Positions 16,447-25,045 of a stretch of 32,000 bases of DNA are shown one piece after another. Below the pieces are notes generated by a model that was given only the letters and a program-made list of their open reading frames with translations, was not told where the DNA came from and made no database searches. The DNA comes from Acaryochloris marina MBIC11017 (GTDB lineage: Bacteria; Cyanobacteriota; Cyanobacteriia; Thermosynechococcales; Thermosynechococcaceae). Where the stretch lies: contig NC_009925.1 of assembly GCF_000018105.1 (NCBI RefSeq), positions 1,320,001 to 1,352,000 on the forward strand, given 5' to 3'. A program made the position numbers and the translations under genes. The number at the start of each line of letters is the position of its first letter. The first letter of the stretch is position 1.

Positions 16447-17973
16447 ATGCTGGCTCGAGTATGGAGCTCATCCTTAATTGGCATTGAAGCAATCAAGGTA
16501 GGGGTAGAAGTAGACGTATCTGGCGGATTGCCTGGAATCGTAATTGTAGGCTTACCCGATACGGCAGTCCAAGAGTCGAGAGAAAGAGTAAAAGCGGCAT
16601 TACGGAATTCTGGCTTAGCATTTCCTATGCGCCGAATTGTGATTAACTTAACCCCTGCCGATTTACGTAAAGAAGGTCCCAGTTTTGATCTGCCAATTAG
16701 TATAGGCATCTTAGCTGCATCTGATCAGATTAATCCCCAGCTCTTAGGGGATTTCTTGTTTCTAGGGGAGGTTTCACTAGACGGTGCCCTCAGACCGGTT
16801 ACGGGTGTGTTACCCATCGCTGCTGCTGCCAAACAAATGGGATTTGTGGGTTTAGTTGTACCTTACAAGAATGCCCAAGAAGCAGCTGTTGTAAAGGGCC
16901 TAGCCGTCTATGGCTTTGAGTCCTTATCTGAAGTGAGTAATTTTTTAAACAATCCTGATGAAGTTCAGCCCTTTCGAGAAGAAGACAAAGCTAACGATAA
17001 GCAACGCCAGTATCATCTTGATTTGAGAGATGTAAAAGGGCAAGCCCATGCCCGACGAGCCCTGGAAATTGCAGCTGCAGGCGGACATAACTTAATATTC
17101 GTTGGACCACCAGGCAGTGGTAAAACAATGCTGGCTCGGCGACTACCAGGTATTCTTCCTCCTCTAGAATTCAACGAGGCCTTAGAGGTTACTAAAATTC
17201 ATTCGGTGGCAGGTTTATTGAGAGATCAAGGTCAGTTATTGCGTCAAAGGCCATTCCGTTCTCCCCATCATTCTGCATCTGGTCCAGCATTGGTGGGAGG
17301 AGGTAGTTTTCCCAAACCAGGAGAAATCTCTTTAGCCCATCGGGGAGTGCTGTTTTTAGATGAATTAACGGAATTTAAAAGAGATGTCTTGGAATTTTTA
17401 CGTCAGCCATTGGAGGATGGTTTTGTCAGCATTTCCAGAGCAAGACAGTCGGTTACCTTCCCGGCTCAGTTCACATTGGTAGCCAGTACTAATCCTTGTC
17501 CATGTGGATACTATGCAGATCCGATACAAGTTTGTACCTGCTCACCTCGCCAACGAGAAACCTATTGGGCTAAATTATCAGGTCCTTTAATGGATCGCAT
17601 TGATTTACAAGTGGCTGTCAATCGTCTGAAACCCGAAGAAATTACTCGGCAAAGTCAGGGAGAAGAATCGGCTCCAATTCGAGAGCGGGTCAGAGCAGCC
17701 CGTCACCTGGCTACGCATCGGTTTGAGGCTGAATCCAATTTACATAGTAATGCGCAGATGAATAGCCAACAGTTACGCCAATGGTGCCAGCTGAATGATG
17801 CAACACGGCAATTACTAGAAACTGCAATTAGTCGCCTAGGTCTATCAGCACGGGCAACCGATCGCATTCTTAAGGTTGCGCGAACGATTGCTGACTTAGC
17901 AAATTCATCTAGTTTAGAAACCCCTCATGTTGCAGAGGCGATTCAATATCGGACCATTGATCGGCTCCAATAG
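16447..17973 (+). CDS. comM: YifB/ComM-family Mg-chelatase-like AAA+ ATPase
   Basis: The family-typical N-terminus MLARVWSSSLIGIEA begins at ATG 16447. Walker A is GPPGSGKT, Walker B is VLFLDE, and the zinc-ribbon-like motif CPCGYY...CTC is present. The 28 upstream codons from GTG 16363 look spurious. Confidence 0.9.
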   Translation: MLARVWSSSLIGIEAIKVGVEVDVSGGLPGIVIVGLPDTAVQESRERVKAALRNSGLAFPMRRIVINLTPADLRKEGPSFDLPISIGILAASDQINPQLLGDFLFLGEVSLDGALRPVTGVLPIAAAAKQMGFVGLVVPYKNAQEAAVVKGLAVYGFESLSEVSNFLNNPDEVQPFREEDKANDKQRQYHLDLRDVKGQAHARRALEIAAAGGHNLIFVGPPGSGKTMLARRLPGILPPLEFNEALEVTKIHSVAGLLRDQGQLLRQRPFRSPHHSASGPALVGGGSFPKPGEISLAHRGVLFLDELTEFKRDVLEFLRQPLEDGFVSISRARQSVTFPAQFTLVASTNPCPCGYYADPIQVCTCSPRQRETYWAKLSGPLMDRIDLQVAVNRLKPEEITRQSQGEESAPIRERVRAARHLATHRFEAESNLHSNAQMNSQQLRQWCQLNDATRQLLETAISRLGLSARATDRILKVARTIADLANSSSLETPHVAEAIQYRTIDRLQ

Positions 17974-18054
17974 GCAAGGCAGAAAAGGGAGAGGATACCA
18001 AAAACCTTATAAACAGCCTGTTGTGTTGTACCTGTTGTGTTGTAAATGTCAGAG

Positions 18055-19245
18055 CTAGTCTGGGGTATCCATCTCTAACCAATCTGGTAAATCGTCTAGA
18101 TTGAGTTTGTCATGGGTCGCCAGTGTTTCACGATCATGTATGGACGGCAAACGATTAGATGAAGACTGATTAGCGTCATTTTGAGGGCTACTAGCTGGCA
18201 TTGAGGGAGAGGTTTTAGATGCAGCCCGAGCTGAAATAGACTGATTGGGAATGGATTGTTGCAACTCTACCTTGGATGTTTTAGGTATTACTGACTGAGG
18301 TGATTGTGGTAGTTTGCGTTTTGGAATAAAAGGTTTAGATTGGTGAGTGGAATTGGCTTGTTTTAAATGATCAACGGCTTCTTTTCTAGCGGTCTCAAGC
18401 GCTTTCTTAGCCAATGTCCGATGGGGTAAGATGACGTTTTGAAATAAGAATTCAATGGTTTGTGACTTCAGCCAACCCCGAGAAACCAGAATTTCCCCAA
18501 ACCGCATTCCCGTTAATTCTTGATCGGATAAGACAACTTCGACTTGAGCTGGGGATAGTAACCCAGCTTCAATTAAATACCCACCAATCCTTTTGCTGTC
18601 TGGAGAGTGAGTCGCCACAGCTCGACGGTGACTAGAGTGATATTGCTCACATTTGTCTGAGTTATGACTTGCACGACTCTTATTCTTGGGTGACACAAAA
18701 GATGAAGGAGCGGGTTGCTCCATTTTTTGCAACCAAACCAACATATCGAGAGGGTAAATCTCTGTTTGATAACCAGAGGTTTGAATGGTTAAGGTGCCAT
18801 GCTCACAGTGAACGTCCCGAATGGGATACCAGATACCTCGATGGAGGATTAGCAAGCTCATTAAAGCAAGTTGCTTATTGCTCTTTTTGTAGCTCCACCA
18901 TGTTTGCAATAAGTCTAAAGAATCAGTGAAGCGAACATGATAATGCTCCGGAATTTCAACAGGTTCATATTCATAAAAACCGGAAATTTTAGACTGGCGA
19001 ATGGGCAAACATTTTTGCGCAATCATAGCCTCATGGAGTTGAGGCCAAAAACTTGATTTGTAGCGAATTGATGTGAAACGCTGCTCACCATCTAACTTGG
19101 CTGTAGCGACTAGGCCTTCCGTTTTAGCCAGGAGCTGCAAAGTATCGGTAATAGGCTCAACTCTTAGGTCTGAGTTGGAAAGTAATGTGGACTGCCCCGA
19201 TAGATAACTTGATACAAATGCTTGTAGTAGTTCGAGGTCATCCAT
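18055..19245 (-). CDS. hypothetical protein (396 aa) with one GspE-N/MshEN-like repeat
   Basis: ATG start. The segment GGYLIEAGLLSPAQVEVVLSDQELTGMRFGEILVSRGWLKSQTIEFL resembles the T2SS-E N-terminal repeat. The C-terminal third is low complexity. No family recognised for the N-terminal 200 aa. Confidence 0.6.
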   Translation of the reverse strand: MDDLELLQAFVSSYLSGQSTLLSNSDLRVEPITDTLQLLAKTEGLVATAKLDGEQRFTSIRYKSSFWPQLHEAMIAQKCLPIRQSKISGFYEYEPVEIPEHYHVRFTDSLDLLQTWWSYKKSNKQLALMSLLILHRGIWYPIRDVHCEHGTLTIQTSGYQTEIYPLDMLVWLQKMEQPAPSSFVSPKNKSRASHNSDKCEQYHSSHRRAVATHSPDSKRIGGYLIEAGLLSPAQVEVVLSDQELTGMRFGEILVSRGWLKSQTIEFLFQNVILPHRTLAKKALETARKEAVDHLKQANSTHQSKPFIPKRKLPQSPQSVIPKTSKVELQQSIPNQSISARAASKTSPSMPASSPQNDANQSSSNRLPSIHDRETLATHDKLNLDDLPDWLEMDTPD

Positions 19246-19333
19246 AAAAATGAGTTGCTGAACTTTGCATAGAACGGCGGGCTTATTGTCATCATAATCT
19301 TTCGTTCACCCCCCTCGCCATAGACAAAGAAAT

Positions 19334-21268
19334 TTAGGCAGATTTTTGTTGGGTTGGAAGGCCGATGGGGATCGAAGCGATTAGCTTACGAGTATATTCA
19401 GCGTCGGGGTGATGATAAATCTGGTCAGCTGCGCCAATTTCTTCGAGTTTGCCACGATTCATCACCATAATGCGATCGCTCATAAATTTGACGACGCTTA
19501 AATCATGGGAAATAAAAATATAGGTCAGATCCAGCTCCCGTTGGATCTCTTTCAGTAGGTTAAGCACCTGGGCCTGGACTGAAACATCCAATGCCGATAC
19601 GGATTCATCGCAAATAACGAATTTGGGGTTTAAGGCTAAGGCCCGAGCAATACAGATACGCTGTCGTTGACCACCCGAAAATTCATGAGGATAGCGGTTC
19701 ATGTCACTGGGTTTCAGACCAACCCGTTCTAGGAGATACGCGGTGCGATCGCGCGGTGTATCTCCCCCTTGTTGCGCAGAAATTCGCTCTGTCAGCCCTC
19801 CTGCAATTCGCATAGGCTCCATAATCGCTGCCCCAACATTCATCCGTGGATCAAGAGAGCTATAAGGATCTTGGAAAATAATTTGCAAATTTTGTCGCAG
19901 TTTCCGTAAATTTCGCCCCTTGAGGTGGGTAATATCTCGATCCGCAAACTGAATACTGCCGCTAGTGGGCTTAATTAACCGTACGAGAGTACGGCCTAAT
20001 GTGGTCTTGCCACATCCAGATTCGCCAACCAATCCCAAGGTTTCCCCTGGATAGACGTCAAAAGAAACATCATTAACGGCGGTGACATAGCGAGCCGTTT
20101 TGCCAAACATCCCCTTAACCGGGAAAAACACCTGAAGATTCTTGACACTTAGTAAGGGTTTCTGTTGCGTCAATGTTTCTAGGCGTGTCTGCATCTCCAC
20201 TGCAGAGAATTCTGGGGCAGCATCAGCAGAAGAAACAGGTAAGTCTTCGATCGTTTGATCGATTGGCAGAGAACTTACTGCCTCTGAGGCTTCACCTGCC
20301 ACAAAATCAGCGACGGTCGGCAAACGCTTTAAACGTTGATCTGGACGAGGACGGCAAGCGAGGAGTCCTCGGGTATAAGGATGCTGGGGGTTTTCAAAGA
20401 TCTCCTGGGCAGAGCCTGTTTCCACCACTTCACCTTGGTACATGACGGCTACCGTATCAGCTAGCTCAGCCACAATGCCTAAATCATGGGTAACAAAAAT
20501 AATGGACATCTGTCTACGATCCCGAAGTTCTCGCAGCAAATCCAAAATTGTGGCTTGTACTGTTACATCCAAGGCCGTTGTCGGTTCATCCGCAATCAGA
20601 ATCGCCGGGTTAGACGCAATCGCCATAGCAATCATCACCCGCTGAATTTGTCCACCCGACAATTGATGGGGATATCGATCCAAATAAGACCGCTTTTGAC
20701 GGTTGATCCGCTTTTGAATCTCTTTATCGTCGGGAGACGAACCCTCTTGGCTAGCTGAATCCAACACGATTTGCTGCAATTCTTGATCAGACGGAATCAA
20801 CTTCACTTCTTGAAGCAAAGCAATCGCCTGTCGCCGCGCGGCAGATACAGACAACTCTTCATGCAAACGTAATGCTTCTACAATTTGAAATCCGCAGGTA
20901 TATACCGGATTTAACGAACTCATCGGTTCCTGGAAAATCATGGCAATTTGACTGCCCCGATAGGCCTGCATCGCACTCATGGGTAGTTGCAGCAAATCCA
21001 CAGATTGCTCAGTATTCACTGCATCTGTCTCAGAAGGGGACGAGCCATGAAACAAAATTTCACCCTGGGCAATCTTTCCTGGCGGCGTCGGAACTAACCG
21101 CATCACGGATAAGGAAGTGACTGACTTACCGGAACCCGATTCCCCAACAATTCCTAGGGTTTGGCCTCGATGCACCGTCAGAGAGACATTATTCACCGCA
21201 TTGACCGTTTGTCCTTCGGTCTGGAATTGGACCTGGAGGTTCCGAATTTCAAGGATGGGGTCAGTCAT
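19334..21268 (-). CDS. ABC transporter ATP-binding protein with duplicated ATPase domains (Dpp/Opp-type, GsiA/YejF-like)
   Basis: Two sets of motifs: Walker A (GESGSGKS, GESGCGKT), signature (LSGGQ, FSGGQ) and Walker B (ILIADEPT, FVICDES). No permease or binding-protein gene is nearby. Confidence 0.9.
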   Translation of the reverse strand: MTDPILEIRNLQVQFQTEGQTVNAVNNVSLTVHRGQTLGIVGESGSGKSVTSLSVMRLVPTPPGKIAQGEILFHGSSPSETDAVNTEQSVDLLQLPMSAMQAYRGSQIAMIFQEPMSSLNPVYTCGFQIVEALRLHEELSVSAARRQAIALLQEVKLIPSDQELQQIVLDSASQEGSSPDDKEIQKRINRQKRSYLDRYPHQLSGGQIQRVMIAMAIASNPAILIADEPTTALDVTVQATILDLLRELRDRRQMSIIFVTHDLGIVAELADTVAVMYQGEVVETGSAQEIFENPQHPYTRGLLACRPRPDQRLKRLPTVADFVAGEASEAVSSLPIDQTIEDLPVSSADAAPEFSAVEMQTRLETLTQQKPLLSVKNLQVFFPVKGMFGKTARYVTAVNDVSFDVYPGETLGLVGESGCGKTTLGRTLVRLIKPTSGSIQFADRDITHLKGRNLRKLRQNLQIIFQDPYSSLDPRMNVGAAIMEPMRIAGGLTERISAQQGGDTPRDRTAYLLERVGLKPSDMNRYPHEFSGGQRQRICIARALALNPKFVICDESVSALDVSVQAQVLNLLKEIQRELDLTYIFISHDLSVVKFMSDRIMVMNRGKLEEIGAADQIYHHPDAEYTRKLIASIPIGLPTQQKSA

Positions 21269-21464
21269 AAAGAAGCCGTTCTACTCTTGGGAAAGGAATT
21301 AACCGTGATTTTAGCAAGCTGTTTCTGAAAGCAGAAATCTAGCGATCAGGTGGGGAAGAAAAGCTGTCAGTGCCTGGAACTGAAGGGTGTGTTCCTTCAG
21401 AATTCCTGTTACCCTGATAACACATTTACTTTGGCAAGTATTTTATAGAGGGAGATCAACGATC

Positions 21465-21692
21465 GTGGCTCATACTATTGTTACTGACGTTTGCGAAGGC
21501 ATTGCGGATTGCGTTGATGCCTGTCCTGTGGCATGTATCCACGAAGGCCCGGGGAAAAACGTGATTGGTACAGATTGGTATTGGATCGATTTTTCCACCT
21601 GTATTGATTGTGGGATCTGTCAGCAAGTGTGCCCTGTGGATGGCGCTATCCTGGCCGAGGAACGGTCTGATTTGCAAAAAACCCCTTCTTAA
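21465..21692 (+). CDS. dicluster ferredoxin (75 aa)
   Basis: GTG start with AGAGGGAGA about 8 nt upstream. One canonical CIDCGICQQVCP motif and one variant CEGIADCVDACPVAC motif (CxxxxxCxxxCP, as in 7Fe-type ferredoxins). The longer track ORF from 21387 looks like an artefactual extension. Confidence 0.8.
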   Translation: MAHTIVTDVCEGIADCVDACPVACIHEGPGKNVIGTDWYWIDFSTCIDCGICQQVCPVDGAILAEERSDLQKTPS

Positions 21693-21704
21693 GGTTCGAA
21701 CACG

Positions 21705-22463
21705 ATGATGGATTCTGTGACGCCAGCTTCAAATCAAGCGTTGCTGTTGCAAGTTGAGAATGTTTTTGCGGGGTATGTCCCTGGTCTAGATATTTTGCAG
21801 GGGATCAATCTCAAACTGTTTGCCGGAGAAATCATCGCCATTATTGGCCCCAATGGTGCGGGCAAATCCACCTTAGCCAAGGCAATTTGCGGTTTGTTGT
21901 CTCCTCATACCGGTTCTATTGTTTGGCGAGGGACCAATATTGGCGGACGTAAACCCAATGAAATTGTCACCCAAGGGGTCTGCTACGTTCCTCAATTGGC
22001 CAATGTCTTTCGCTCTCTCACAGTAGAAGAGAACCTAGAAATGGGTGCCTTTATTCGAGATGTTCCCCTAGGAGAACTGAAATCCAAAATTTATACAACT
22101 TTTCCGAAATTAGCTGACCGTCGTCGCCAACAAGCTGGCACTCTCTCCGGGGGAGAGCGGCAGATGTTGGCCATGGGCAGAGCCATGATGCTAGAACCTG
22201 GTTTATTAATCCTAGACGAGCCCTCAGCAGCACTTTCACCCATGTTGGTAGATGATATCCTAGCCAAGATCCGCGAGATTAATGCTGAGGGAACCTCGAT
22301 TATTTTGGTTGAGCAGAATGCCCGCAAAGCCCTAGCCATGTCTGACCGAGGGTATGTGCTGGATTCGGGCCGAGATCGGTTTGAAGGGCCAGGTCCACAA
22401 CTGCTAGATGATCCAAAAGTAGGCGCACTGTATCTAGGAGGACATGCCTCCACCGAAAGTTAG
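21705..22463 (+). CDS. branched-chain amino acid (LivF/NatE-type) ABC transporter ATP-binding protein
   Basis: Walker A GPNGAGKST, signature LSGGERQ, Walker B LLILDEPS and LivF-like overall length. No cognate permease is adjacent. Confidence 0.85.
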   Translation: MMDSVTPASNQALLLQVENVFAGYVPGLDILQGINLKLFAGEIIAIIGPNGAGKSTLAKAICGLLSPHTGSIVWRGTNIGGRKPNEIVTQGVCYVPQLANVFRSLTVEENLEMGAFIRDVPLGELKSKIYTTFPKLADRRRQQAGTLSGGERQMLAMGRAMMLEPGLLILDEPSAALSPMLVDDILAKIREINAEGTSIILVEQNARKALAMSDRGYVLDSGRDRFEGPGPQLLDDPKVGALYLGGHASTES

Positions 22464-22485
22464 GTCGTTGAGATATCTCCTTTCA

Positions 22486-23127
22486 TTATTCTTCGGGCAC
22501 AGCGTCCTGCAAACCTCTTAAGGCCTCGCCAAAGAACGTTTGATCGGCTGAAGGAGAAGGCGAAAAGAGCGGCCGATCTAAGACAAGAGGCTCTGTCCTA
22601 GGGTCTAATCCCAGCAAATCCCGAATGGGATCATCCAATTCTTCGAAACTCATCTTGCCATTTTGGTTCAGAATCGTTTGCCCTGAAGCATCAATCAACA
22701 CAAATTGGGGCACAAACTGACCATTATAATAATACTGGGCCTCAGTCGGTTCATAGTTTCGTCGAGAATTAATAGCATCGACCATCATCGGCATAAAGTT
22801 AAGGTCTCGCCTATATTCAGCCTGTAGCTGAGTCAAAACTAAGGCATTTTGTTTGCACTCCTGACTATCGTCTGAGTAAAACATGATTAGAGTTGGCATT
22901 TCCTTCTTCATTGCCGCTGCTAAGTTCACTTTGGGTGGAATTAAGCCAGCATTGCTAGCATAGAGGATGAAAATATTGCCATCGTATTCATCATCATAAA
23001 TACCTGCGATCGCATCTTGAGACAGTCCCATCCCAAATCCGACCAGGCAAAACACCAGAATCAATACACAAACACACTGCTGGCCGATACGACGCCAGCT
23101 TGGACGAATACCGTTGCCAAAAATCAT
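22486..23127 (-). CDS. membrane-anchored thioredoxin-fold protein lacking the CxxC motif (Slr1796-like PSI accumulation factor?)
   Basis: N-terminal TM helix and a thioredoxin-like core with FYSDDSQECK where WCxxC is expected. The family name is recalled from memory and is uncertain. Confidence 0.55.
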   Translation of the reverse strand: MIFGNGIRPSWRRIGQQCVCVLILVFCLVGFGMGLSQDAIAGIYDDEYDGNIFILYASNAGLIPPKVNLAAAMKKEMPTLIMFYSDDSQECKQNALVLTQLQAEYRRDLNFMPMMVDAINSRRNYEPTEAQYYYNGQFVPQFVLIDASGQTILNQNGKMSFEELDDPIRDLLGLDPRTEPLVLDRPLFSPSPSADQTFFGEALRGLQDAVPEE

Positions 23128-23334
23128 GATTTAAACTCCTCCAACAGCAAACGTATTAACCCGCCAAAGCACCATAGCTTAAAACTGCCCTCTAAAGTAC
23201 TTGTAGCATTGCAGAGCAAGATAGTGCTGGATGAAAATATCCAAACACACCTACTAGATCTTTGAGAGTTCTAGCAGTTTCTCTATTAATAAAACCAACT
23301 TAAGTTAGGTTGCCAGACAATCGGCTATATTCTC

Positions 23335-24858
23335 TTACTTTTCTTTTTTCCCGGGGACGCGCTCATAGCCAGGCTTCGGCTTCGTCATTTTGGCCCATAG
23401 CCCCTTGACATCATTGAGCATCGCTTCTCCCTTCTCCGCGACTTCCTTGGAGTCAACCTTGGGCGTCTTGGGTGCTGATGATTCCGCCTTAGGAGTATCT
23501 GTCTTCGACTTCTCTACCTTGGGCTCAGACGCTGCCGGTGCATCGGCTTTAGACGCAGATGCCGGCTCCTTCGACTGATCTCCACTTCCCTTCGACTCCA
23601 CCTTCACAGCAGAAGTCGATTTCTCCCCTGCATCCTTCACCTCTACCTTCGATGGCGTCGATGGCGCTGTGGACGCAGCTTTAGGAGTGGGGGTGGACGT
23701 TCCTTTAGACCCTGACTCTGGCTTCATTTTGAACTCAGCTGCCTGAGAAGAAGGTTTGCTCTCTGCTTTCGCTTGAGGCTTAGCTTCTACCTTGGGCTTC
23801 ACCTCTGTCTTCGCCTTAGGGGGTGCAGCTCCTTTGGGAGCTCCAGCGGTTAGAGACTTCGCGGCAGGTCCTTTGGCTTTCGGCTTCGCCTCGACTTTGG
23901 GAGCTGGCGTATCTTTGCCTTTGGGTTTAGCCTCTGCTTTTGGCGTCTCGGCTTTCTCGTCTACTTTGGCTGCTGCCTTCTTCGATGTCGTTGGCTTTTT
24001 CGCTTCTGCTTTTGCTTCCGGTGCAGGCGCTTCTACGTCTGGATTAGCGACGGCTGGAATGTTGACGGGCTTGCGACCCACTAGGCGGCCTAAGAACTCA
24101 CAGGTCTTCTCAATGACGCCTGGCTTGCGTTGAACAAAGATACCTAATCCTTTTTGAATCGGTAAGGTATCCAATACGTCTAGCTGGGAGCAATAAGCGA
24201 CGTCGGCTTTACCTCGCATCTTTAATAACCGCTGACCATGACTGGCGCTGGTCAATAATTCGAGTAACTGGTCTTGCCACTGACGAAATAAGGAAACGGC
24301 AGCAATGGCTTCGTCGTTCCCTGCTAGTTTGCTGAGGGGGGTCTTGCCTACGGCTAAGATGCCATCAATAATTGCACCGGCACAGACGGTATCTTCTAGG
24401 GAATAGCTGCCTTCCCAACCGGAACCCACGAGCCAAACGGTCCCAGGACGTTTGGTAGCGAGATAGTTCACGACGGCTTGACGGTTGGTCAAGGAGGCCA
24501 TGATCACTTTGGAGGCGTTCCGAACGCTCTCGGAACAGCGGGTCCCATTGGTTGTACTCAAAAATAATCGACGGCCTTCGGTGTTCTCGGGGGTAAAGGC
24601 TAAGGGGGAGTTCCCAAATTCACAGGCTTTGACTTTCCGGCCGCCGCGTTCACCTGCCCGAATCCGTTTGTCTTCCTCTACTGTTTCGCTGGCTTCTAAT
24701 AATGGTTCAATATCACTAAAAACTTGGACGGCTGATGCACCTGCATTGATGGCCGCTGCGATGGTGCTGCTGGCACGCAATACGTCGATGACTACGGCAC
24801 AGCCAGGGAGACGATTATTGGGAATCTCTTCGGGGGTATGGTAAACGAATATTTTCAC
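23335..24858 (-). CDS. 2-phosphosulfolactate phosphatase (ComB) family protein fused to a long K/A/P/E-rich tail
   Basis: GTG start. The N-terminal ~245 aa carry ComB-like motifs (VVIDVLRASSTIAAAINAGA, ERGGRKV, FGNSP, STTNGT). The rest is low complexity (EAKPKGK, VEAKPKAKG, KPKVEAKPQAKAESKP ...). Confidence 0.8.
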   Translation of the reverse strand: MKIFVYHTPEEIPNNRLPGCAVVIDVLRASSTIAAAINAGASAVQVFSDIEPLLEASETVEEDKRIRAGERGGRKVKACEFGNSPLAFTPENTEGRRLFLSTTNGTRCSESVRNASKVIMASLTNRQAVVNYLATKRPGTVWLVGSGWEGSYSLEDTVCAGAIIDGILAVGKTPLSKLAGNDEAIAAVSLFRQWQDQLLELLTSASHGQRLLKMRGKADVAYCSQLDVLDTLPIQKGLGIFVQRKPGVIEKTCEFLGRLVGRKPVNIPAVANPDVEAPAPEAKAEAKKPTTSKKAAAKVDEKAETPKAEAKPKGKDTPAPKVEAKPKAKGPAAKSLTAGAPKGAAPPKAKTEVKPKVEAKPQAKAESKPSSQAAEFKMKPESGSKGTSTPTPKAASTAPSTPSKVEVKDAGEKSTSAVKVESKGSGDQSKEPASASKADAPAASEPKVEKSKTDTPKAESSAPKTPKVDSKEVAEKGEAMLNDVKGLWAKMTKPKPGYERVPGKKEK

Positions 24859-24966
24859 GGGATAAAGATGACCTATATCGTTATTTTCTATCGAGTTCTA
24901 TTTTATGGGGCTTTGTTGCCACTTCTGCACGGTTTTTTCCTTTCTATAAAGCCTCTTCATGCAAAA

Positions 24967-24992
24967 GGGCAAGCAGGATATCCTGCTTGCCC
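24967..24992 (-). terminator. rho-independent terminator after the pcb genes
   Basis: Perfect 26-bp palindrome GGGCAAGCAGGAT|ATCCTGCTTGCCC followed on the minus strand by TTTT. It lies 54 nt after the pcb stop at 25046. Confidence 0.7.
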
Positions 24993-25045
24993 TTGATGAC
25001 TGACCTTATGGTCTGTTGGTACTTTGACCAGTGCGTCAGGGGGCT

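Noticed and set aside
21387-21464. N-terminal 26-codon extension of the ferredoxin ORF
   Set aside because: The extension is hydrophobic and unrelated to ferredoxins. GTG 21465 has a strong purine-rich SD motif just upstream.
23390-24844. Plus-strand ORFs 23390-23578, 23792-24133 and 24485-24844
   Set aside because: They are antisense shadows of the ComB-family gene, especially its repetitive GC-rich tail.
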